A DNA stretch of 62,120 bases, the filler included, from Bonamia ostreae (lineage: Eukaryota), in NCBI GenBank assembly GCA_040357525.1. It is 6 parts of 6 records of this genome, joined end to end, with 100 filler letters (N's around TTAATTAATTAA, not from the genome) between each part and the next. Parts side by side here need not be neighbours in the genome. Positions count along the whole stretch, not along the records: positions 21,212 to 31,494 come from JBDODL010000030.1; positions 31,595 to 41,830 come from JBDODL010000031.1; 4 more parts are not named here. One strand, written 5' to 3'. Both the position numbers and the translations under genes were made by a program. Within the stretch, counting starts at the first letter, position 1, and each line of letters begins with the position of its first letter. This document shows, one piece after another, positions 23,448-34,500 of this stretch. The notes under the pieces were generated by a model. It was not told the origin of the DNA. It ran no database searches and saw only the letters and a list, made by a program, of their open reading frames with translations.

Positions 23448-24485
23448 ATGGTCAGTGATTTTTATGAGTTTGATTTCCTGGACTTGCTAGACAACGATTT
23501 GGAAGAATATTCCGAAGACTGGATCGAAACCGAATGCGAAATAATAAACTCTTTGAGCGAACACGAACTAATATGGTTGTTCAGCGCGCTGCCTCTTAAA
23601 GAAATGTGGCTATTCAGTCATCTGTGCAAGAAAACGCTCAAATGCCAAAGCAGATTTCTGAAGAGGGTGGAAAAAGTAGACATCGCAATGCGCGGACCTC
23701 ACGTTGGCAAAATGTTGGATCTCATTTTAAATGGATGTCCCAACATTGAATCGTTGCGCGTATACAAATACTTTTATGCCGAGCGAGAACATTTCCCGAA
23801 AATTTCGGGAATCCTTGCCAACTGCTCTAATCTAAAGTCTTTCGTTGGATGGCTAACCGAGGGTGTCCTTTCGAGGTGCACAAAGAAAAAGTTGAGCCTC
23901 CGAAAAGTTTTCATCGACATGTCGGAAACGGGAAACCTGAAAACTCATCTGGAGAAGTTTGAGGAACTAGAAGAGCTTGTTCTGCGGTCGCGAGACTCGA
24001 GGGGCGTTTCCCACGCGAATATGGAGAACATTGGAGATCTGTTCAAAACAGCGCCTTCACTGACAAAACTGAGCATTCGGAGCATATACATGACTGACGA
24101 AGTCAAAAAGAAACTCACGATGAACAAGAACTTGACTCATTTCGAGATCATTGGAGGGGGCTATTGCGACGAAGATGTGGATTACCTCTCGAGGAGATTG
24201 CCCTACTTGACCCACATCGGACTCTGCGGAAACGAACTCACGAAGAAAGGGGTGAAGTCGATCAGAGACAACATTAAGCGCCTTCATTCGCTCGACATAA
24301 TGGTCGCAAGCTGCGACTCTTGCGAAGAGACGTTCAGATTCTTGTGCGAGAAAGAAAATTTCTCGGAGCTCCGCTTTCTTTACGTCCGGAAATGGCCAGT
24401 TAGCTGGACAGAGCAGTTCTTGAGAAGCAAACCGCTGTGCAAAGTAGTGGATTTTGATATGTGGCGTATCTCGTTCGAAAACTAA
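23448..24485 (+). CDS. F-box/leucine-rich repeat protein
   Basis: F-box-like LSEHELIWLFSALPLKEMWLFSHLCK followed by cysteine-containing LRRs (CPNIESL, LPYLTHIGLCGNELT). Intronless. Confidence 0.75.
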   Translation: MVSDFYEFDFLDLLDNDLEEYSEDWIETECEIINSLSEHELIWLFSALPLKEMWLFSHLCKKTLKCQSRFLKRVEKVDIAMRGPHVGKMLDLILNGCPNIESLRVYKYFYAEREHFPKISGILANCSNLKSFVGWLTEGVLSRCTKKKLSLRKVFIDMSETGNLKTHLEKFEELEELVLRSRDSRGVSHANMENIGDLFKTAPSLTKLSIRSIYMTDEVKKKLTMNKNLTHFEIIGGGYCDEDVDYLSRRLPYLTHIGLCGNELTKKGVKSIRDNIKRLHSLDIMVASCDSCEETFRFLCEKENFSELRFLYVRKWPVSWTEQFLRSKPLCKVVDFDMWRISFEN

Positions 24486-24580
24486 AAATGGCTAAACGAA
24501 AATTGATAAACTTTATATTTTTAAACATTCTGCATTGAAAATTTTATATTTTTCGCGTGTTTTCGGACTTTTATAAGCTA

Positions 24581-26332
24581 ATGCCTAAATACCAAAACCA
24601 GCAATACACAAGAAGATCGTCTCTGGCCCCGAAAGGCGGTCGGCCATCGACGATTTTTTCGCAGAGAAATGTCCAATCAGAAAAGGAGGAGAACATTCGA
24701 GTACTCGCAGAATTCCTTGTAGAACACAAGTTCCCCGACGAAGTCTCCGTGCGCACTCTGAAATCGCCTCCGACCAACTATGTTGTAAACATCTTTCTTT
24801 TCCTCTTCAACAAGTTCAACCCGAACCTCGTCGAATTTGAGCGCTTTCAAGATGACGTGAAGACGCTGCTGACACTGTACGGATTTCCCTTCAGCTTGGC
24901 GAAGAGCTATCTGCAAGCGCCCAACGCACCCAGCTCGTGGCCGTACATCCTTTCGTCCATCGTGTGGCTGGTCGAGTTGTACCAATACGGCCAAAAGCCT
25001 TCGAACAGAACCACCTCGGAGAAAGGAGCTCTAGAAGCACTGGCTCTAACTGCAGAGCAGTACAAGAGCTTTCTTTCGGGCTCGGACATGGACGAAGTGC
25101 AACAAGGAATACGCGAAAGACACGAAGAGAGGCAACAGGAGATGGCTAACGAAACCGAAGAGCAGAAGAGAGCCGTCGAAGAGTTGGAATCGGAAACTGC
25201 CCAACTTCGAAAGCGCCCAACGGCGGCACAGCGGAAAGCCGCCAAAGACAAACTCGAAAAAGACATTGAGAAGTTTGAAAAACTTCTGGACAGAAAAAAG
25301 GCCCACATCGAAGCATTGGCCGAGAAAACGCGCGAATACCAAAGCCAAGACGATGAAACGCGCAGAGAATTCGCAAAATTGTCCTCGGAAGAAAAACGCT
25401 TGCAGAAAGAAGTGCGCGGACAAGAAATAAAGCCGGAAGAAATCGACCAAATGCGCAGAGAGGGAAAAAAGTTGCAACAAGACCTAAACTCGCTCCGTTT
25501 CTTTCCTCTAAAAAACTTTTCCCAAACTCGATCTTTTTAAATTTGAAGAGAGGGCGCAAAAAGAAAAGCTGAAAAGACTTGAAAACGCGGAATCGCAAAA
25601 GGGGGTTGTGCGCAATTCGCTGGACGCTGCTGCGGATCAACTGAACGAAAGACTGAGAGCTATATCCGTTGTGCCTGCGGAGGCAAAGTTGGCGTACGAC
25701 AACAACTACGCTCTCGCGATCAATCACGACGCCGGGTTCGCCGAGGGCGAAGACATTTCTGCCAGCCTTCGCCGCGCCACCTCCGTCGACCTCAGAGGGT
25801 CGCTCAAACCACACTTGCAGCAGATCCACCGGCTGCTGGCAGAAGAAAAGATAAAGCAGGAAGCCGAAGTAGCTCAATTGGAGGCGCACTTGCAAGACCT
25901 CTCCGAACGCGAACGAAGGGCGGAGCGGGAGAAGGAAGAAGTGGCGCAGGGGCTCGTCTCGATGAAAAACATGATCGAGGCGAAGGCGCGCCAGTTTGAA
26001 GAGGAACGCGACCGAGCGAACCAGCGATTGTTCAGTAAGCAAATGGACGCGTTTAGCGCTGACAGCGGCGCAGTTGAGATCTTCGAACTTGTCGGAAAAC
26101 TAAATCAGCTCACCGACCAGTTTTCTAATTCTATCGCCTTCAACAAAAATAAAGGGAAAAGGCTTTGGAAGCAGAAGAGAAAACTCGCGAAAAGGCGAAA
26201 ACGGGCGAAGTGTTGAGAGAATTGGAAAACTTTTTCGATGAGAAGGAACGCCGAGAACTGCAATTTAGAGCGTTAGACGATTTGGCTGATCAAGTCTCGG
26301 CCAAATTTCCCGTGTTAAATAAATTCGATTGA
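24581..26332 (+). CDS. NDC80: Kinetochore protein NDC80/HEC1
   Basis: CH domain (TLKSPP..VNIFLFL..YGFPFSLAKSYL.APNAPSSWPYILSSIVWLVEL) followed by a long coiled coil. Two introns. Confidence 0.9.
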
Positions 26333-26385
26333 ATCTGCCATATTTTTAACGATTTATTAAGTCATTTTTGTTACAATTTAAGTTT

Positions 26386-26884
26386 TTAGATTGTGTCGCA
26401 ATCTTCTGTGGTGTTCAAATACTTTTCGTGTTGAAACAGACGATTTTTCTCGCAGCTTTGTATTAATCTCTTTTTAAATGATATGTCGTTTTTTGCAGGT
26501 TTGGCGAAAATGCTTCCATCCGATTCTTTTGTTGCGGCATTTGCATTTGATTGTTGAGCAGACTTTTGGAATTTGCGAGTTCTTGATTTTTCCTCCTTTT
26601 TGATTAAAGTCCTTTCAACGATAAATTGTTCGTCTTGCTTTAAGAATCCGTCGCTATTGTTTGAAATTTTCGATTGCATCGCAAATTTTTTTAAATGTCG
26701 TCGTTTTGAACTCAATAGGACGAAACAAAGTAACAGGAAAATTGACAGCAAAAGAATGTTTATTGTCGCAACGATTTGGCAAAATTGTGTTATTTCTAAA
26801 ATTTTGCAAAAAACGTTTTTGATCCAAAAAATTTATTGCAATGTCGATAACGAATTCTGATCTTCTATTTATTTGGTTTGGCAT
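26386..26884 (-). CDS. Hypothetical single-pass membrane protein (partial model)
   Basis: Hydrophobic stretch followed by a basic cytosolic tail. Upstream exons unresolved. Confidence 0.35.
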
Positions 26885-27061
26885 TCTGATATCAATTTAT
26901 AGCTGTTTCTATCTTGATTGGTAAAATTTTCTATTTTTATATAAGTTTTAGCAAAAGCTAAATATTGACTCGATTTTTATCCGACTTTAGACAATTGGAT
27001 AAATGCAAAAAATATCGATCATTACTTCAAATTATATAAATCTCCATATAAAAATTAGCCG

Positions 27062-27729
27062 ATGGCCGAAAAGCTTTCAGATGTTTTTTCGGAGCTTGTC
27101 AGTACAGTTTGCTATATATTCTATGGAAATCGGACTTTGGTCGCTTGTAATATATTGATACGAAATCAAACGTAAATTTTTATATTTTAGAGAAAACGGG
27201 CTGAAAGATGGCGCGATCGCATCGATGGGCAACTTGAGCGCATCGAAAGTTCGCGAAGCTCTAGTTTTTCCTGTTTCGCATTGTCTGGTCACAACAACAT
27301 CTCTGAAAAGCAGTCAATCGCAAAGTTTCAAAACAAGCAATTTCTTCTATCGATTGGATCCGATTCAATTTCTCACTGTTCCTCCAATAATTTAAAGGCG
27401 GTTAAATTTCGCATTATGAAAATCCAACTTGAACTGGACCAAAAGGTGACAGAAAACACATTCTTCTGTGGCAACAAAGATTGCGAAGAAAAGTTGTTGC
27501 GCAAACATTTTAAAGGGACGCGAAGATCGATGTGATGCAATTGCTGTCGGGAAAAATAAACAAAAAAGGCGAATTCGTTTGCGAGTCGTGCGACCAAGTC
27601 TTAGTTTCCTCAGCGAAAACAAGTGAAAGCTCAAATAGAGATCTTCTTAAAAAATTTAATTTGCAAATCGAGCCGGTTTTGTAGCTGATTGAGAAATTGT
27701 AGCTTTTGCTGAAAAAAATATCAGATTAA
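27062..27729 (+). CDS. GTF2E1: General transcription factor TFIIE alpha subunit (compact)
   Basis: Spliced translation LVSTVCYIFYGNRTLVACNILIRN...FFYRLDPIQFLTAVKFRIMKI...FFCGNKDC...GEFVCESCDQ...LLKKFNLQIEP matches the TFIIE-alpha winged helix plus Zn ribbon. Four introns of 19-27 nt. Confidence 0.8.
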
Positions 27730-27938
27730 ATTATTTTTATGTTAAAATTTTGTTGTTTTCTGTAAATTTTTATGTTAATAACTTTATTTTTTCATTTTAA
27801 TATCTTTTCAACAAATATTTCGCATTTTTTCATTTTAAACTAAAAAAATATTTTAACAATTAATTTTAGAAAAATCGAAAATATTTTCAATTTTAAAAAT
27901 ATTTGCGAATTAATGTTAGGCAAAAAGAAGTCATTTAT

Positions 27939-28918
27939 TCAATTATAAAGCATTCTATCTTTTTTATGAATTTTTTTGTGCGCATTCAATTGCAAATGGT
28001 TGTACTTGAACACTTTCCCGCAAAACTTGCAAACATACTCTCTTTTCTCGTGAACAGCCATATGCTTTTCTATCTTACTTATGTCTTGGACTGTTTGGTT
28101 AAAAGAAAACTCGGTATGCGCCCTTCACAGGAGCAGTCGTAGAAAGCAATTCCGTCTTTGTCTTTCCACAATCTTAGCGCTGTCTTCCCGGGCGTAGATT
28201 GCCCCGCGCGAGGCAGAAACCGAACAAATTTCAAGTTAGAACGCACCAAATTGCGCTTGGAAACAGATTTTAAGCTTTTTTGCGGGGAACTAGAGCTGCA
28301 TCTGCGCGATTTCAACGCGTTGATTGCTGCAGGTTTCTCAAAAAGTGAGTCGGGAACAGACGAAATTACTGATTGCAGCAAAGACAACGCCTCCGCGCCA
28401 GCTCTTCGCAGCCGAATAGCTGTTTCCCGCAATTTATCTATTGACCTTTCCTCGAAAAAACGGTTTTGGCTTGTTCGCCCATCCTCTTCCGCGCCTGGAA
28501 ACAAAGGGGAATGCCCAAAAGTCTCTATAAAGCAATTCACCGTTTTGTCCAAATTGGACTTTTCATTGTCGTTTTCCTTCAGAAACAACATGTTCTTGCC
28601 CACTAAATTAGCCGCGTTTCCGCCATGTTCAAAGCTGTTTTTGCAAAGATTTATTTGCAGATTTTGGTCAGAATTCCCATCCTTCGGTCCTTTGAAACCT
28701 CGATCGCAATTGTTTGTTCGCCGACCGATATCCGAATTGCCTTCTTTCAAATTTTGGCCTCTCTCCGTAAAATTGAAAATCTTTAACTCTTCGCTTTCGT
28801 TTTCATAAAGCTGATTTTTCTTAGCGGGGAAAAAGCTTTTGATCCCGTACGACAGTTTTGTTCCCGGGAAAACAGTGGTTTGACGCGATTTTTGAATATT
28901 TGCTGTTTGGGCTGACAT
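27939..28918 (-). CDS. C2H2 zinc-finger protein
   Basis: After a 20-nt intron: YDCSCEGRIPIQDISKIEKHMAVH and YVCKFCGKVFKYNHLQLNAHKKIH. Confidence 0.75.
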
Positions 28919-29191
28919 TAATCGCGTGAATATTTGTAAACGCGGCTGAATTTAAAATTTTAAGAGAGGAAATGCTTTTTTCGAAGATTTTCGCAATTAG
29001 AAAACTTTTCTTATTACGGTTTGTGCATTTTCGTTTCTGCAAATTTGCAATTTTTTGCAAAATCGAAATTTTACAAGATTTGGAGATTAAAATCGAACAC
29101 GAAAATTTGGTAAATTTAATCGATGATTGATTTCAGATTTTATGCACAGCCATTTTTTATGTACAGCAAAATTGAAAATCAAAAATGTGAT

Positions 29192-29963
29192 TTAATCGTT
29201 AAATAGCGAAAAATTGGAAATGTGTGCGTCGCCCGTGTTGCCATCAAATGGCTTTTTTGTAACAAAATGAATCAATTTCTCAACGACATCATAACGCAGT
29301 CTTTTGCTGTTTCGCAATTTTGCTTTATTGCCATTTTTTAACTTTTTAGCTTTAAATTTTTTGTCCGAAAGCTTCTTTTTCAGCTGTTCTGAAATGTCTG
29401 ACTGTTTTACAAGATATTCAAAAAAATCTCCGTCGTCGAAAGTTTTGTCGTTATCGATTTTTTCGTCTAAAAATCGAGGAAATTTTCTTTTTATCTGAGT
29501 TCGCTTGATTAATCGATTGGGATGCGCGAGCACGGCTTCGATTTGCTCTAAAATGGGCTGAATTTATCGATTAAACTTTGTTAAAAGCGGAAAATTTTGA
29601 TGTGTTCTGGAAGTCGCCTTCCAGCAAATTTATCTTTTCGGTCCATTCTTCCAACACGTCACATTTTTCTTTCTGAAAGTTATCTATCGATTCTTCGATA
29701 GCGCTCCAATCGCTTGATTTCCGCGAATTATCGTCCTTGTTGTGAATTCGGAAAACCGATAAATTGTCGATAATTATTTTGTCGACACAAGTTGACAAAA
29801 TATTTATGTCAAAAATATCGCTGCCGCACTTATTCGAATCGACTAATTGTCTTAAATCGTTAGCGAAATTAAGAAAGAAATGCAATTTCGTGCCGTCTTC
29901 TAAGATTTTGTTCCATCTCATGAGCTGTTTTTCGACGACTTCGGCTCTGGAATCTTTATCCAT
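29192..29963 (-). CDS. AATF: AATF/Bfr2 ribosome biogenesis protein
   Basis: TRAUB-like FDDGDFFEYLV and SKRLRYDVVEKLIHF. One 19-nt intron. Confidence 0.8.
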
Positions 29964-30027
29964 AATTACTAAATTCTGACTTACAAAGATTTATAAACCG
30001 AAACATTAATAAATTTTAGTAAAGGAT

Positions 30028-30249
30028 TTATTGGTAATAAAGCTCCAATCCCATTCCGTCTTTTATTTCGTAGTCATCCAAAGTTATGTGGTCTTTGTAA
30101 ATATTGTACCATTTTTGAATTCTCAGCTTGTCTGGGCGAGTTCCCAATTGTGCAGCCGCTAACATTTTTAGTTCGCCAATGGTGTCTTCCGGGTTGCACT
30201 TCACTCTCACTTTTTTGCCCATTCTGTCGTTCAAAATAACTTCGATCAT
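30028..30249 (-). CDS. UBL5: Ubiquitin-like protein 5 (Hub1)
   Basis: [25 protein letters not shown]...[15 protein letters not shown]. Confidence 0.98.
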   Translation of the reverse strand: MIEVILNDRMGKKVRVKCNPEDTIGELKMLAAAQLGTRPDKLRIQKWYNIYKDHITLDDYEIKDGMGLELYYQ

Positions 30250-30282
30250 TTTGATATATTTTAGATAAACTATTTAGTCAAA

Positions 30283-30866
30283 ATGGCGGAATTTGTAAAA
30301 CTAGCCGGAAAACTAAAAGTTAGCAATCTTAAGCCTGTTATAATTAAAGAGAATGAAGCGCACCGGATGGATTCTAAACAAAGTCCCCAATCCGGAAAGC
30401 GTCGCAGACCATTCCTTTTCAGTATCGCTGATGTCGCTTCTCCTTTCAAAAACATCCCCAAAAATAAACTCGCTCAAATTGGTCAAAATGGCCATAGTTC
30501 ATGACTTGCCAGAAGCGCTAATCGGCGATATTCCGCCCTTTGAAATAAGCGGCGTTAGTCGTAAAATAAAGAGAGATCTCGAAGATAAAGCGATTAGCGA
30601 AATCGGACGCGTTTTGGGGAATGAGCAATCTTGTTTTGCACAAGAAATTAAACATCTTTGTCGAGAGTACAACGAAGGCTCCTCGCAAGAAGCCAAGTTG
30701 CTTAAAGACTTGGACAAGTTTTTTTCTGAAATAAAGACTGGACATGCTGCTTACAGCAATTGACTACGAACAAAAACACAATTTAAATCTATCGTCTTTT
30801 TATAACCGCTCCTGGAAAACCAAAGCCGTTTCGGACATTGCTAAGAATGTTATCAAAAATAAATAA
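30283..30866 (+). CDS. HDDC2: HD-domain 5'-deoxynucleotidase HDDC2
   Basis: GKLKRMKRTGW..PESVADHSF..MAIVHDLPEALIGDI..KDLDKLDM. Two introns. Confidence 0.92.
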
Positions 30867-31012
30867 GTTTTGCAATATTTTTCTAAAAATGGCATTATTG
30901 AAAATAGAGTTTTTCGATTATTAAAATCGATTTTTAAGTTTTGGGAGCGCATTAAAAAGATCGATTTTTACAAATGTCAAAAATGGTCAAAAATATAAAT
31001 ATGTTAGTAGAT

Positions 31013-31494
31013 TTACAATTTGTCTCGGACGGTGAACCCGAAAGAATTCAAATAGAGAATAACAGGTTCGATGAGTTTATCAAAGCTTTCCTCCGTCAAG
31101 AGATGGCCGGCATTGTCGATCTCCACAAATTCGCACAACTTTGGATTCATTTGGTTTTTCGCGTAGAGACAGTCTTCGTACAAAGAGCTTTCGAGTCCAA
31201 TCACCGACAAAACGGAACAATTGATATTTTTCAGTTTAGTGGAAATGTCGTCTCTTTTTATCATCGCGTTTAGCAATTTTGTGAGATTTCTGGAATTTTG
31301 TCGATCAAGTACTTTCTCGTATAGTTTGCGTAGAGTAGTTGATGTCGAAGCGGAAAAGTACCGCCCCAAAAGTTTCTTTTTGGGAATGTAGTTTGAATCG
31401 TAAACTTTCCACATCGAATCCAACTTTAACGAACAAAAAATTTGAGAGAACAACAAAAATTTATAGAACAAAAATTAGTGAAATAAAACATTAA
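31013..31494 (-). CDS. NDRG-like alpha/beta hydrolase fold protein, 5' truncated
   Basis: RDDISTKLKNINCSVLSVIG..NPKLCEFVEIDNAGHLLTEE..YLNSFG. Confidence 0.65.
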
Positions 31495-31594
31495 NNNNNN
31501 NNNNNNNNNNNNNNNNNNNNNNNNNNNNNNNNNNNNNNTTAATTAATTAANNNNNNNNNNNNNNNNNNNNNNNNNNNNNNNNNNNNNNNNNNNN

Positions 31595-34500
31595 GAAGAT
31601 TTGATAAACTCGTTCACAATAATTTTTATCTGCAAATTATGTTGCGATAGCAATTCTGATTTATTGTTGCCCAAATTCTTTTCTCTAAAGCTTTTAATAA
31701 AAATATTTAACAATTCGACAAAAACTGACAAAATTCTCAAAAATATTTTTAAAAACGCGATTTTTTCGCCATTAATTCAACATTTGAGAGAAAATTATCA
31801 AAGTTTTTCCTTAAATTTAAAAAGACGAAAACTATTGTATAATAACAACCAAACTGCTCAGATTTATCGTGTTTTTAGTGAAAAACAGTACACAAAAACA
31901 TGATTTTTCTTTACAATTTGATAAAGAAAATGGTTATTCGCTTATTGAAGACATAATTTTACATTTTTTCAAGTCAAAGTGTTTCGAAAAAATCGATCAT
32001 TTTGGTGATGTGCTGCAATCTCTTATCGATTTATGTTTTTTGTACTGTAACAAAGACGACAAGCGATTTTTGTGTCCCAGAAGTTTGAAATTTTATTTAT
32101 TAAGGAAAATCATCAATACGAGCTGACACAATAATCAACAACACAAAAGCTTTAAAAACAGTTACAAAATTGTATTTGAGTAATGAAAATGACGAATTTC
32201 GATATTTTATAGCCGAACATATTTTTTTGTTATTTTCGTGGAATGAGATAAATATGAACATTGTCGCAAAATATTTTTCTTTACAATTTCTTTTTTCAAA
32301 GTTTGAAACAATTGGGCCAAAATTATGTTCGTCTGTTGCGAAAGTTTTTGTTTTAGACCTTTTATTTTAATAATGTTACCGATCTAATTTAAATTTCTTA
32401 TTTTAATATTGTCACCAGTCTCATTTTACATACTTTTGTTAATTTTTAATATAAAAAGATATTTGAATTTTATGTTTTAATATACTCAAAAAGCGACGAT
32501 GTTGAAATATTTTCGTTGTTGAAAAAATTTTTTAACTTCGAAAAAGTTTTTAAAATTTAATTTAGTTTACAATAAGTCAAATATTTAAAAATGGAGATTT
32601 TTTGATAAAAGAAGGAACCAAAATATTAAACAATATTCTCAAACGTGACAAAAATGAGAATTTTATTACAATTATGTTTCTAATTTAGCCAAAACTTAGC
32701 TTAGTTAGCTAAAAATATCAAAATTTTAATTTACCAAATTGATAAAACAAAGAAAATTATTTGAAAAAACAAATATTTTTAATGAAATTTTATCACTGAC
32801 AAAGCAAATTATTTTTCTAATAAAATCATTCCACAACGACAACAGCAATCCCCCAAACAAAAAAGTTTTGTTACATATATTAAAAAGACATCTCTCTGTT
32901 TACGTTTATTGTCATTACAAAACAAACAAACACTTTTAAATCTACTAAATACGACACTTTTGATAACAAAAAATGACGAGAAATCAAAACATTTTTTCTC
33001 GGAAAACAAACAAATTTTAATATCATGTTATAATACCAAGTATAGCCAATTTTCACTAGAAGTAGCAAAAGTTATTCTTGGCAACAACGCTAAATTATGT
33101 ATTGAGAAAATTGCGAATTTTGAGTTTTTATTGTTACTATTATTTTATTAATTTTCTGGAATTATTTAATTGTTGCCGTAAATTAAGAAGTAAGGATGAT
33201 ATAAATTTCCTATTTTTTCATGCATTCTCTGAACTAATGCAAAGAAATCCAAAGAGCGTTAAAAAAATAATAAATTTGGGATTCTTTGATAACGTTTTAC
33301 ATGTTTTGTCGTCGAAGAAGGACTTTGTTAATGTTTTAAATTTATAAAAATTAATTTTATAAATTAAGAAAATATCAAAAATCGAAAAGAATTTAAATGA
33401 AGAAATATTAACAGAGAATTTTAATTTATATTTTTGCATCCCCAAACAAAATATTCTGAAATTAATTTTTGTATTATTTGATTTGGTAACAATGATGTTT
33501 AGAAAATTAAATACGGACAATGGCCATTCTATTCAATATTTAGTCAAATTTGAGAATATTCTCGATAATTTAGTTTTTAATTTTAACTGATACCAAAAAT
33601 CATTTAAAGGATATCTGGAACACAATTGTAACAAAAAAATTTATAAAATCAATTTTAAACGTTTCAACAAACAGATTTTCAGTATTAAAAGAACGTTTTT
33701 ATTTTTAAAATTCAGAAAAATCTTCAATTAGAAAAATTCAAAATTCTTGGGTGCTCTTAAAATTGGTAAAGATAACAATTCGAAATTACAGAAAAGATAA
33801 AAATGATTATTTTCTAAAAAAACTGTTGATCGAAATCGACAAATTGATCAATAAGAAATTTTATAATTTGAAAGTTTTGGCAAATATTGATATTTTGGCC
33901 AAAGTTTTTTTTAATTAACATTTTATTTTTCAATTATTTGTTAAAATTTGAATTTTAAATATTTTAAAATTTAATAATTTGGAAATATTTAATAGTAAAA
34001 ACTAAAAACAAAAATATAGTCAAAACTTTCCCAAATTCTTTTGGAAAATTATGAACATTTGTCAAAATCTAAAAATATAAAAAATTTGACTGATGATCTA
34101 TTAACAGGTTGTATAATTAATTTTTAAGATCTGATCAGTTTCAATACAAAACCAAAAACTTTGTTGTTATATCTTACCAACACCAAAAATTGTAACAAAG
34201 AACAAAAGTTATTAAAAATGAAAAAAATGTGGAGAATGCCTTCAATTTCTTTTTTCGAGTTTAACGGATTAGAAAACGAATGTTATTTACGAAATTTAAC
34301 TACTTTGGAAATGTGGCCAAACCGATTTTCGTTCTCGTTTTGGATACATTTTCAAGGAATCGAAGATACTTGCTGGTTAAGGATATTTTGTTTCGATTGT
34401 GGCAATAAAAAACTCTTTCAATGTTTTGCACACAAATCAAAACTTGTTTTAGTTTGTCAAAATCGAGTGTTTTATGTGGATTTGAAAATAAAATCGTTGA

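Noticed and set aside
27055-27080. Minus-strand GCTTTTCGGCCATCGGCTAA resembling the U2 snRNA 5' end
   Set aside because: No GTAGTA branch-recognition sequence follows, and it overlaps the TFIIE-alpha start codon.
27676-27702. Two in-frame TAGs near the TFIIE-alpha end (and a TAG at 601-603 between in-frame ORFs) suggesting UAG reassignment
   Set aside because: Both cases are explained by GTT..TAG introns, and long conserved ORFs (SERCA, NDC80, F-box) contain no internal TAG.
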